This document shows, piece by piece, positions 43,233 through 53,700 of a stretch of DNA of 64,000 bases (position 1 is the first letter of the stretch; each line of letters opens with the position of its first letter). The translations under genes and the position numbers were made by a program. The stretch comes from Candidatus Magasanikbacteria bacterium UBA922. Its GTDB lineage: Bacteria > Patescibacteriota > Patescibacteriia > Magasanikbacterales > UBA922. The notes beneath the pieces are model-generated. The model made no database searches. It saw nothing but the letters and a program-made list of their open reading frames with translations, and was not told the origin of the DNA. The stretch lies in the NCBI GenBank assembly GCA_002293825.1, contig DBDW01000009.1:26170-90169 (forward strand), written 5' to 3'.

Positions 43233-43823
43233 ATGTTCATCGTCCTCTACGGCATCAATAATCTTGGCAAAAGCACCCAAGCAAAAATGTTAGTCGAAAG
43301 AATGAATAACGAAGGATATTCAGCCGAATACCTCAAATACCCCATCTACAACCAAGCGCCTGCAGGACCCATTATCAATGATTATTTACGAGAAGGAAAT
43401 ACTCACAGACTTAGCGCACGTGAAGCTCAACTGCTCTATGTACTAGATCGCACACAATACGAACCTGCGCTTAAAGAAAAATTGGAAAGCGGCGTACATA
43501 TCATTGCCGAAGATTATGTGGGAACTGGAATCAGCTGGGGAATAGGTGCCGGGGTCAATGAAAAATTTCTCAAAGATATAAACAATCACCTTCTCATCGA
43601 AGACGTTGCTTTTTTATTTGAAGGAGCACGTTTTATTGAAGCTACAGAAACCGGTCACAAACACGAAACAAATAACGAACTCATAGAAGCCGTGCGAAAA
43701 GCACATGACATGCTGGCTCAGGAACGTGGATGGATACGCATTAATGCAAATGAATCAATTCAAGATATTCATGAAAAACTTTGGAAAATAGTGCATGAAA
43801 AAATTAATAATTCAAAAAAATAA
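43233..43823 (+). CDS. tmk: Thymidylate kinase (variant P-loop)
   Basis: GINNLGKSTQA, KYP, LYVLDR, AEDY; last gene of the dTTP cluster. Confidence 0.8.
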   Translation: MFIVLYGINNLGKSTQAKMLVERMNNEGYSAEYLKYPIYNQAPAGPIINDYLREGNTHRLSAREAQLLYVLDRTQYEPALKEKLESGVHIIAEDYVGTGISWGIGAGVNEKFLKDINNHLLIEDVAFLFEGARFIEATETGHKHETNNELIEAVRKAHDMLAQERGWIRINANESIQDIHEKLWKIVHEKINNSKK

Positions 43824-43874
43824 CCACTGTGTGATATACTTCTTAAGAAGAATAATGCTTAAATAATCATTCGT

Positions 43875-44642
43875 ATGCTTCCGACAATGTCTGATCTTGT
43901 GCGCAGGGCAAGTGCCCCCTATCGCTCACACCCCACACTCTTACTCAAATTTATTCTTTTGTTTTTCATTCCTATTTTTGCAATTGGAATTACTCGTTTT
44001 TCCCTCGATCTCATCGGACTCGTCTACGACATTATAGCGACAGGAACAATTGTACTCATGATAGGAGCAATTTCCATGTCACTACTGTCGCTCTGGACCA
44101 CCTTATCATACATCCAGGCAATTGCTGATATCGATGAAGGTAGACCAGTACGCACAGTCAAAGAATATTTCAAAAAAACATGGGGACTTATCTTACCTGT
44201 TTTTGGCCTCTCTTTAATAGTGGGATTGATTGTGGTAGGCGGATTTATACTATTAATTATTCCTGGTATTATTTTTGGAATCTGGTTCACCTTTATCGCC
44301 CAGGCACGCGTACTCGATCAAAAAAAAGGTTTCAGTGCATTAGGATTTAGTAGATCGTTGGTCAAAGGAAACTGGTGGGGTATATTTGGTAGAATTGTAG
44401 TAGGGATGTTGATCGTATTCGCAATCACCACAGTGTACCAAAACATCGTTAACATATTCTCACGCTTTGACATAAATACCCTTACTTTTCAAAAATTAAC
44501 CATCAGTGCATTCGTCCTAACAATCATTACCTCGATCGTACATGCCTCATTAAGCCCTTTTGCCACCAGTATCCCCACTATCCTATATCTTGATCTCAAA
44601 AAAACACTAGGTGCAACAGAAGACACAGGACATAAAGAATAA
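43875..44642 (+). CDS. Integral membrane protein (GDPD membrane-domain-like)
   Basis: LLIIPGIIFGIWF, ALGFSRSLVKGNWW. Confidence 0.8.
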   Translation: MLPTMSDLVRRASAPYRSHPTLLLKFILLFFIPIFAIGITRFSLDLIGLVYDIIATGTIVLMIGAISMSLLSLWTTLSYIQAIADIDEGRPVRTVKEYFKKTWGLILPVFGLSLIVGLIVVGGFILLIIPGIIFGIWFTFIAQARVLDQKKGFSALGFSRSLVKGNWWGIFGRIVVGMLIVFAITTVYQNIVNIFSRFDINTLTFQKLTISAFVLTIITSIVHASLSPFATSIPTILYLDLKKTLGATEDTGHKE

Positions 44643-44743
44643 ACCATCACAAAAGTATAGCTGTAGACCCTATCGTTTTAGAAAAAATAGGGTCTTTTCT
44701 TTTGAGAAAAAGAATGATACGCTAAGGCGTAGTAAAAAAATGT

Positions 44744-46264
44744 ATGCCAAAACTTATCCCAATTATCGGAATGGAAGTACATGTGGAACTCAAAACACAT
44801 TCAAAAATGTTTTGTAGTTGTCCAAACAACCCAGACGAATCAAAACCAAATATCAATATTTGTGAAATCTGTACAGCTCAGCCAGGTACTCTTCCAGTAC
44901 CCAATAAAGCAGCAATTGCAATGACGGTAAAAATATCACAAGCACTTGGAGCATCAATTAGACCCCGCTCAAAATTTGACCGAAAACACTACTTCTATCC
45001 AGACTTGCCAAAAGGTTATCAGATTTCACAGTATGATGAACCAATTGGTGAACATGGCACACTCACACTTGAATTACCTCAAGGAGAAAATCCACGAGAT
45101 GAAGCACCGATCGGAATTCGACGCATTCATCTCGAAGAAGATACTTCGAAATTATTTCACGGTACCCATGGCACCCTTGTGGATTTTAATCGTGCTGGTA
45201 CTCCTCTAGTAGAAATTGTTACTGATCCTGATTTTATCTCCGCACTTGAAGCAAAGATCTACTGCCAAGAACTCAGAACACTTCTTCGCTCGCTCGATGT
45301 AAGTGATGCAGACATGGAAAAAGGTCACATGCGCTGTGAAGCAAATATCTCACTCCAAGAGGCAGGAACTTTTGAGATTATTAATGGTGAAGTGCGTTCA
45401 CTCAATGGAGCGAAACTCAACCCAAAAGTCGAATTAAAAAATCTAAACTCATTCAAAGCAGTAGAGAAAGGAATACTGTTTGAAATCGAACGTCAGACTC
45501 GAATGATTGAAGCTGGAGAATCATGGGTACAACAAACACGTGGCTGGAATGAAGATGAGGAAATCACTGTATTACAGCGCGTCAAAGAAAATGCAGCTGA
45601 TTATCGCTACTTCCCTGATCCAGATATTCCCCCATTCGAACCCATGATAATCGCAGGCACATTATCACTCCCCGAACTCCCACAAGCAAAACGAAAACGA
45701 TTCATAGAAGAATACAATCTGTCTCGCGCTGACGCAACACTCCTATCAGAAGACAAGATGTGGGCAAATTTCACCGAAGCAGTGATGAGCGAAGTCTCAG
45801 AATTAATCGAAGATGATATAGAAATACGCTCAAAAATTGCACGCCTTGTAGGTGGATGGATCACCAGCAAATTGATGGGTGGACTGGCTGAGCGAAATAT
45901 GAAAATTACAGATATCAAATTCACACCTGAAAATTTTGGTGAGCTTATTTCACTCATCTATGCTGAAAAAATCAATTCCACAAACGCACAAAAAATTCTA
46001 GGAATCATGCTTGACCATGATCGAGACATCGACCCTTCTCATATTATGGAAGAGCACGGTCTAGGACAAGTGAGAGACGCGAGTACTCTGAGCGCAATCG
46101 TTGATCAAGTTGTCAACGATTACCCTACGCAAGTGGCTGATTTTAAAGCAGGAAAAGAACCTATCCTCAAATTTCTCATTGGCATGGCGATGAAAGCCAC
46201 CGAAGGAAATGCTGACCCAAAAATGCTTGAAGAATTACTACGTGAAAAAATCAAAAATGTGTAA
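44744..46264 (+). CDS. gatB: Asp/Glu-tRNA amidotransferase subunit B
   Basis: IGMEVHVEL, FDRKHYFYPDLPKGYQISQ, DYRYFPDPD. Confidence 0.98.
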   Translation: MPKLIPIIGMEVHVELKTHSKMFCSCPNNPDESKPNINICEICTAQPGTLPVPNKAAIAMTVKISQALGASIRPRSKFDRKHYFYPDLPKGYQISQYDEPIGEHGTLTLELPQGENPRDEAPIGIRRIHLEEDTSKLFHGTHGTLVDFNRAGTPLVEIVTDPDFISALEAKIYCQELRTLLRSLDVSDADMEKGHMRCEANISLQEAGTFEIINGEVRSLNGAKLNPKVELKNLNSFKAVEKGILFEIERQTRMIEAGESWVQQTRGWNEDEEITVLQRVKENAADYRYFPDPDIPPFEPMIIAGTLSLPELPQAKRKRFIEEYNLSRADATLLSEDKMWANFTEAVMSEVSELIEDDIEIRSKIARLVGGWITSKLMGGLAERNMKITDIKFTPENFGELISLIYAEKINSTNAQKILGIMLDHDRDIDPSHIMEEHGLGQVRDASTLSAIVDQVVNDYPTQVADFKAGKEPILKFLIGMAMKATEGNADPKMLEELLREKIKNV

Positions 46265-46267
46265 ACT

Positions 46268-46405
46268 ATGGAGGGATCAACACAAGAATTTTGTACATAC
46301 TGTTCCAAACCTAAAAACATTCTCTGGGTCCATGGACACGGGCAGTGCATACACTGTGGAATCAACACCGATGAATGCTGTAGAGGAGAATCATGCACAC
46401 AATAA
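46268..46405 (+). CDS. Small Cys-rich putative zinc-finger protein (45 aa; not in the ORF track)
   Basis: MEGSTQEFCTYCSKPKNILWVHGHGQCIHCGINTDECCRGESCTQ; starts 3 nt after the gatB stop, with a hairpin after it. Confidence 0.75.
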   Translation: MEGSTQEFCTYCSKPKNILWVHGHGQCIHCGINTDECCRGESCTQ

Positions 46406-46461
46406 AACGACCTACATAAGGGTCGTTTTTGTATCTACACAAGCCATATCATCTCTCACCT

Positions 46462-47403
46462 TCATGATGTCAAAAATTTCTTGACCGCCGCTTCCGCAGA
46501 TGCAATATCAGAACACCATACAATATCCTTATCCCGCTTAAACCACGTTGCCTGACGTTTGGCATATTTTTTAGTATCCTTTTTCAACTGAGTAATCACC
46601 TGTTCAAGCGTACAATCTCCAGCTAAATACGATTTAAACTGTCGATACCCAATCCCACTCATACTGGGCAAATTCCACCCATACCTATGCTTCACCAAAA
46701 ACTGAACCTCACTCAAAAGCCCTGCAGTAAGCATACCATCGATACGACTATCAATACGTTCATGTAACACTTCACGCGGTACAGAAATTCCAAGTTTCAA
46801 CACGTTAAAAATAGGCTCCCCTTTCTTTTTTTGTTTTGAAAATTGATCACCCGATAGAATACACACTTCAAGTGCCCGAATCAGTCGACGTTTATTATGA
46901 GGATCGATCGAAGCAGCAGTATCAGGATCAAGTTTACCAAGTAAAGCCAATAATTCTGCAGGCGTTTTTTCCTCAAAACTCTCACGTAATTTTTTATTCG
47001 CAGGAATACGTGGAATTGTATAATTACTCACCAAAGCCTCAACATACAATCCAGTACCACCTACCACAAACGGTACAGCACCTGCGCGAGTAATAGACTT
47101 AATATGTTTAATTGCTCGATCACGAAATTCAGCCGCAGTGAATGTTTTCCCAGGATTCAAAAAATCGATCAGATGATGAGGGACCCCCTCGACATGAAAC
47201 ACTCTTCGCAAACCAACATATTTCCACTCGCCCGCAGGTTTTGCAGTCCCAATATTCATGTATTTATAAATTTGTCGAGAATCAGCAGAAATCACCTCTC
47301 CATCAAATTTTTTTGCAAGTTTTACACCCCAGTCTGTCTTGCCTGAAGTGGTAGGTCCGACCAATACAATAATTTTTGGTAAACTCGAAGTTTCCTTTCT
47401 CAT
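46462..47403 (-). CDS. miaA: tRNA dimethylallyltransferase
   Basis: GPTTSGKT, DSRQIY, VGGTGLY, YAKRQATWF. Confidence 0.97.
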   Translation of the reverse strand: MRKETSSLPKIIVLVGPTTSGKTDWGVKLAKKFDGEVISADSRQIYKYMNIGTAKPAGEWKYVGLRRVFHVEGVPHHLIDFLNPGKTFTAAEFRDRAIKHIKSITRAGAVPFVVGGTGLYVEALVSNYTIPRIPANKKLRESFEEKTPAELLALLGKLDPDTAASIDPHNKRRLIRALEVCILSGDQFSKQKKKGEPIFNVLKLGISVPREVLHERIDSRIDGMLTAGLLSEVQFLVKHRYGWNLPSMSGIGYRQFKSYLAGDCTLEQVITQLKKDTKKYAKRQATWFKRDKDIVWCSDIASAEAAVKKFLTS

Positions 47404-47484
47404 ATCGACATAGTTGCAAATATCGAGCTAAACTGACTATACTATAGCAAAAAAGAAATAAATAGGAAACGTACCTACCCTACT

Positions 47485-47937
47485 ATGACTATTCTCATAC
47501 ACAAACCCATCGGACAGACCAGCACAGACACGATCAGCCTCGTAAAAAAAGATATGGGCATACAAGATCTGTATCCAATCGATCATCTTCACGAAGAAAC
47601 CGAAGGATTACTCATACTCACTGAAAACTCAACTTCACCGACACTCCCAAGCGAATATGAAGTTATAATTGACCAATATCTCTCACGACAAGCGCAAAAC
47701 ATGCTTCCAAAAGGACTTGTTACTTCAGAACAAGTAATTCCTGGAATCGAACTAATCGAGGAAAAACACAAAGGCAAACGATCAGTCGTTCACCTAAAAG
47801 CAGCACGTACCACCGACACACAGCTACGCACACTATTTGAAACAATTGGATATCATGTAATAAGTATTCGTAGAATACGTCTAGGAGATTTTAAATTGGG
47901 AGTACTCTCTGCGGGAAGATGGAAAAAAATTAATTGA
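47485..47937 (+). CDS. RsuA/RluB-like pseudouridine synthase homologue lacking the catalytic Asp
   Basis: HKPIG, YPIDHLHEETEGLLILT (normally GRLDxxTxGLLLLT), QLRTLFE..G..V..IRRIRLG. Confidence 0.7.
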   Translation: MTILIHKPIGQTSTDTISLVKKDMGIQDLYPIDHLHEETEGLLILTENSTSPTLPSEYEVIIDQYLSRQAQNMLPKGLVTSEQVIPGIELIEEKHKGKRSVVHLKAARTTDTQLRTLFETIGYHVISIRRIRLGDFKLGVLSAGRWKKIN

Positions 47938-48034
47938 GTTTACCATATAGCAAATACAATTTTTTGATTTCATAGACTTTCGACCATGTTCTTGCTATGA
48001 TATCCACATCATACACATCTATCTATTATTCAGT

Positions 48035-49108
48035 ATGGCAAGAAATTCTACACGAGCTACAGTAACCTTCGATCGAGTGCGTTCTATATTCTTTTTTGGA
48101 ATACTCGGATTACTCACTCTCGGCATGCTATATCTATTTCGCCCATTCTTCTACCCTATATTCTGGGCAGCAGTCACCGCAGCGGTCTTCTACCCCATGT
48201 ACAAAAAAATTTTTACATGGACCAAAAAACGTGAGGGGCTCAGTGCGTTTTTGTCAGTAATTGTCATCACATTTATTATTCTAATTCCATTGTTTACACT
48301 CTCAGCACTTGTCGTAAACGAATCCGTAGGTCTATACCAAAAAATATCTGAATCAGGTGTATTCAATAGTCCTCAACACGTATCATCATGGCTCGAAGGA
48401 ACACCACTCGCACCATATCTCGACACCATTCGTACCAATTGGACAGAGCATGCAGGAAAAATTACCCAGACAATTAGCTCTTTTCTCTTCAATAGTCTAA
48501 AAAGCACAGCTCAAGTGTCTGCAGGTGTTATCATCATGACTATAGTCATGCTCTACACACTCTACTATTTCTTCAAAGATGGAAAACGAATGTTGAATCG
48601 TCTCGGCCACATCTCACCTATTGGCTCAGAATACGAAGACATGCTCTACGATCGATTTACTTCGACCGTACGCTCGACACTCAAAAGTACAATCATTATT
48701 GGTGGCATTCAGGGACTACTCGGAGGAATACTCTTCTGGATTACTGGAATTGAAGGAGTACTTATCTGGAGTGTAATCATGGTAATCGTGGCAATTCTCC
48801 CTGCTATGGGCACCCCACTTATTCTCATTCCTGCCGCAATAATCATGTTTGCTATGGGCAATTTTTGGCAATCAATGGTACTCTTTGCAGGCACTGGAGT
48901 TATCAGTATCGTAGATAATATTCTACGCCCAATGCTGGTCGGCCGAGACACACAGATGCACCCGCTCATTATCTTTTTCAGCACACTTGGTGGAATCTTA
49001 ATATTCGGAGTTTCTGGATTTGTAATAGGTCCTGTAATTGCAGCTCTACATCTCTCTGTTCTCAGTATCTATGACTATTATTACAAGAAGCAATTGAATG
49101 AGGAATAA
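48035..49108 (+). CDS. AI-2E family transporter
   Basis: DNILRPMLVG, HPLIIFFSTLGG..FG..GFVIGP. Confidence 0.92.
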   Translation: MARNSTRATVTFDRVRSIFFFGILGLLTLGMLYLFRPFFYPIFWAAVTAAVFYPMYKKIFTWTKKREGLSAFLSVIVITFIILIPLFTLSALVVNESVGLYQKISESGVFNSPQHVSSWLEGTPLAPYLDTIRTNWTEHAGKITQTISSFLFNSLKSTAQVSAGVIIMTIVMLYTLYYFFKDGKRMLNRLGHISPIGSEYEDMLYDRFTSTVRSTLKSTIIIGGIQGLLGGILFWITGIEGVLIWSVIMVIVAILPAMGTPLILIPAAIIMFAMGNFWQSMVLFAGTGVISIVDNILRPMLVGRDTQMHPLIIFFSTLGGILIFGVSGFVIGPVIAALHLSVLSIYDYYYKKQLNEE

Positions 49109-49193
49109 TTAAAAAGAGTAACAAAAAACCATCCGTACATACGGATGGTTTTTTAAATTTACCGAATCGCCAATAAGCCAACCTTTTAATTCG

Positions 49194-49276
49194 TGCCGCG
49201 GGTGGGACTCGAACCCACACGACCTTGCGATCAAGGGATTTTAAGTCCCTCATGTCTACCATTCCATCACCGCGGC
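49194..49276 (-). tRNA. tRNA-Leu(TAA)
   Basis: GCCGCGG...AGGGA-CTTAAAA-TCCCT, variable arm, GTTCGA; CCA not encoded. Confidence 0.97.
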
Positions 49277-49310
49277 ATGTGGTCAAATTTACCACGCATA
49301 AAGCTAAAAA

Positions 49311-49895
49311 TCAAGCCTTCTTTGACTTTTTACTTCTAGAACGAGGTTTTTCCCATGGAATGTCTTGAATCCCCTCCCTGTGGTTTAGCCAACGAGCAAG
49401 TACAAACAAAAAATCACTCAGTCGATTCAAATACGGCACTACAAAACGATTGAGGGGCGTATGTTCCTGTGCCAAAGTCACCACACTACGCTCAGCTCTC
49501 CTGCATACCGCCCGAACAAAAAAAGCATAGGACCCTGCCTCACCACCACCTGGAAGAATGAACTGTGTAAGCGGTGGTAGTTCGGCGCTCATTCGATCTA
49601 TCGATTTCTCCAGTCTCGTAATATCACTCTTTCTAAGCTGGGGGATATTCCCAAGTGTAGTATGAATCGCGGCAATCATGGATCCCAAAGTAAAAAGATT
49701 ATGTTGAATCACACGAAGTGTATTTCGAACACGAAGTCGTCGATCATCTTCGACCTCTTCGATCAAAACACCAATACAACTATTGAGTTCATCTATCTCA
49801 CCAATCACATTGATTTCTAAACAATCTTTAGACACCCGCACACCGCCCAAAAGGGCAGTATTTCCACGATCTCCAGTTTTAGTATAAATTTTCAT
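49311..49895 (-). CDS. PduO-type ATP:cob(I)alamin adenosyltransferase
   Basis: KIYTKTGDRG, GEIDELNS, FILPGG, RAVCRRAER, YLNRLSDFLF. Confidence 0.93.
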   Translation of the reverse strand: MKIYTKTGDRGNTALLGGVRVSKDCLEINVIGEIDELNSCIGVLIEEVEDDRRLRVRNTLRVIQHNLFTLGSMIAAIHTTLGNIPQLRKSDITRLEKSIDRMSAELPPLTQFILPGGGEAGSYAFFVRAVCRRAERSVVTLAQEHTPLNRFVVPYLNRLSDFLFVLARWLNHREGIQDIPWEKPRSRSKKSKKA

Positions 49896-49970
49896 AGTAC
49901 AAATACTCATCCTTGCGTTTACGATATAATCACTATATAGTAGTTTTTAAAGTCTATCTAGTATACCAAT

Positions 49971-50654
49971 ATGGAACACAATATCAAACACATCGCAGTC
50001 ATCATGGATGGAAACAGGACCTGGGCAACAGAAAAAGGATTACCCAAATTTTTGGGCCACACTGAGGGAGTGCAGGCACTAAAACGCGCACTCAAAGGTG
50101 TAATCGAACAAAATATTCCCTATTTCACAGCATGGGCACTCTCAACAGAAAATTTACAACGATCACAAGAAGAGCTAGATCACCTGTTTTCTTTATTCAA
50201 AAAAATACCTTCATCTCTTGGTGATTTTTCAAAAAACAATGTTCGTTTTAACACAATTGGAAATCTGGCACTGATTCCAAGTGATGTAAAAGAAGCACTA
50301 GAAGATTTGATGAAAAAAACAGAACACCACACCGGACTTGTGTTCACTTTGGCGATTGCGTATGGAGGGAGAGATGAAATCATTCGATCCGTACAAAAAA
50401 TTATCAAATCAGGAATAAGTTCAGAAGAAATAAATGAACAAAAATTTGAAAATTTTTTAGACACTGCCAATATGCCTGAAGTAGACCTCGTAATCAGGAC
50501 CGGTGGATATCAGCGTCTCTCTGGATACCTCCCCTGGCAATCTACCTACGCAGAACTATACTTTACATCACTCAAATTTCCTGATTTCAACGAAAAAGAA
50601 CTTGATAAAGCAATACAATGGTTCAATGAACAAGAAAGAAAGAGAGGAAAATAA
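49971..50654 (+). CDS. uppS: Undecaprenyl diphosphate synthase
   Basis: HIAVIMDGNRTWA, STEN, YGGRDEI, IRTGG..RLS. Confidence 0.96.
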   Translation: MEHNIKHIAVIMDGNRTWATEKGLPKFLGHTEGVQALKRALKGVIEQNIPYFTAWALSTENLQRSQEELDHLFSLFKKIPSSLGDFSKNNVRFNTIGNLALIPSDVKEALEDLMKKTEHHTGLVFTLAIAYGGRDEIIRSVQKIIKSGISSEEINEQKFENFLDTANMPEVDLVIRTGGYQRLSGYLPWQSTYAELYFTSLKFPDFNEKELDKAIQWFNEQERKRGK

Positions 50655-50749
50655 AAAATTCTTGTTAATGCGTCAGTAAAAATCCAGAGCCCTGCTCCAT
50701 AATTCAATAAAACTGCCAAATATTTGGCAGTTTTATGTTTTATTGAGTC

Positions 50750-53700
50750 TTAGCTACATCCAAGCGAATCTCCACAGTTCAAGCATTTGTAACACGCGCC
50801 ATTACGTACGGTGATGTGCCCACACGTAGGACACGCTGGTGCATCACCCATCATCTCACCAAGAGCGGCATCAGACGCACTTACCGGACCCACCGGTGCA
50901 TCTTCTATAAGCTGTGGCTGAGTTTCTGTCACCGCAGAAGCTGCGGGAGACACGGGTTTTTCGAGTGGAATCATTTCTTGCAAAGCATGCGTACGTGCAA
51001 GTGCATCAAATTTATTTTTCTGCACGCCTTTCGGAGGTACTTGGACAAAATCAGTGCGTCCCAAATATTCCATTCCGAGCACACGGAATACAAAATCAAT
51101 AATTGAGGTACAGTTTTTGATATTTGGATGATCGGTAAAGCCACTTGGTTCGAATCGAGTAAAGACAAAATTCTCTACATATTTTTCAAGCGGTACACCA
51201 TACTGTAAGCCCATTGATACCGAAACCGCAAACATGTTGAGTAGACTTCGGACCGCAGCACCTTCTTTATACATATCGATAAAGATTTCAGCAAGTTTTC
51301 CATCTGGATATTCACCTGTGCGAAGCCAAATTTGCTGATTTCCCACCTTTGCAGCCACCGTAATGCCACTACGCTTTGCAGGAAGTCTGCGTTTCTCTCC
51401 ATGAAGATATACTCGTCGTTCAGCAACTTCCCCATCTCTCGTGTATGACTCAAGTGAACTGCTCACACCTGCATGCTTACTCAAAATCTGACTTGCTTGC
51501 ATCAATGCATCACTCATTTGATCGGTCGCAAGCACAGGTGCAGTCACTGCTGCTACAGGAACCTCTGCCTGCGCAGTCGCTGTAGCAGTTTCTTTTTTCG
51601 TTTCTGCCGCGTCTTCTTTCTTTTGCGAACCCGTAGAAAGTGGTTGTGAGAGCTTACAGCCATCACGATACAGTGCTACGGCCTTTAATCCTACTTTCCA
51701 CGATTCTTCATACGCGTGCTTCACCTCTTCGACAGTGACTTCGTGAGGCATGTTGATGGTCTTTGAAATCGCACCTGAAAGAAATGGTTGTACCGCTGCC
51801 ATCATCTTTACATGTCCCATGTAATGAATAAATCGTTTTCCTTTCTTTCCATTTTTATTCGCAGTATCAAACACTGAATAATGAATTGCCTGAAGTCCTG
51901 GCGCACCTTCAATAGTCATCGTTCCACATACATATTCATTCGCCTCTTCGATTTCAGCTTCAGTAAATCCAAGCGCTGCAAGCATGTTGAACTTAGGATC
52001 GTTATACTCAGCTTCAGTAAATCCGGCTCGTTTCATCGCTTCCTCACCCAGTGTCCAGACATTGCATGCGAATTTAATATCAAACGCACCCTCTAATGCT
52101 TTATTAATAGCTGCAATATCAACATCGATCAAGCCTTTTGTAGCAAGAGATTTCGCATTGATGTGTGGGGCATTCGTAATATCAGCAGTACCACGCATAT
52201 AGTTGAGAATGCGAGTTATCTGATCTGGAGCATATCCCAGTTGCTCGAGCGCTACAGGCACCGCATCATTCACGATACGGAAATATCCTCCACCAGCAAG
52301 TTTTTTGAATTTGACGAGTGCAAAATCAGGTTCTACACCAGTCGTCGCACAATCCATCAAAAGTCCAATGGTTCCCGTAGGAGCAAGTAACGTAGTCTGA
52401 GCATTACGATACCCATACATCTCACCCATTTCTACAGCCTCATTCCAACTTTCACGAGCAGCAGCCAGGAGATATGCAGGAGCATGTTCAGGTTTAATAC
52501 CAATAGGTTTTACGACCAATTTTTCGTATTCATGATCAGGGGTGTTAAACGCTGCTCGACGATGATTTCTCATCACACGCATCATGTGTTCTCGATTGAG
52601 TTCAAATTTTGGAAATGGTCCCAAAAATTTAGCCATCTCAGCTGAAGTCTTATAACTCTCGGCAGTCATAATAGCAGTAATCGAACCAGCAAACGCATAT
52701 GCTTCTTCTGATTCGTATGGAATTCCTGCAGTCATAAGTACCGAACCAATATTCGCATATCCTAATCCAAGGGTACGGAAATCAAAACTTCCTTGTGCAA
52801 TCTCTCGACTTGGGAACTGTGCCATCAACACACTAATCTCAAGTACTGTCGTCCACACACGTACTCCATGCTTGAATGCAGGAACATCAAAATTACTGGT
52901 TGCAGGGTCAAAAAAGTGCATGAGGTTAAGTGAGGCCAAATTACATGCAGTATTATCGAGGAACATGTATTCAGAACATGGATTTGAGCCATTGATACGA
53001 CCAGACGCAGGACACGTATGCCATTCATTAATAGTGCCATCATATTGTACTCCTGGATCAGCACACGCCCACGCAGCAAAAGCAATTTTATCCCACAAAT
53101 CACGTGCTTTTAGTGTCTTGCACACGCTTCCATCTGTTCTCCATGTGAGATTCCATGATGAACCATTCTTAATTGCATCCATGAATTTATGAGGAACACG
53201 AACAGAGTTGTTTGAATTCTGTCCAGCAACGGTCTGATATGCCTCACCTTCATAGTCAGAAGGATAGCCTGCAGCAATAAGAGCGGCAACCTTTTTTTCC
53301 TCCTCCACTTTCCAGTCAATAAATTTTTCTACATCAGGGTGATCGAGGTCTACAATAACCATCTTTGCAGCACGTCTCGTCGTACCGCCTGATTTAATCG
53401 CTCCAGCAGCACGATCTCCAATTCTAAGCCAGCTCATGAGACCACTTGATTTTCCACCTCCAGAAAGAGGTTCTCCTGAGCCACGAAGTCCAGAGAAATT
53501 AGTTCCTGTCCCTGACCCATATTTGAATAATCGAGCTTCCCGGGTCCAGAGATCCATAATTCCACCTTCACCGACCAAATCATCGCGCACAGACTGAATA
53601 AAACACGCATGTGGTTGTGGATGAGAATATGCGTCTTTTGCTTTGGTCATGACACCTGTGTCGGGATCGACATAATAATGCCCCTGTGCCCCACTATTGA

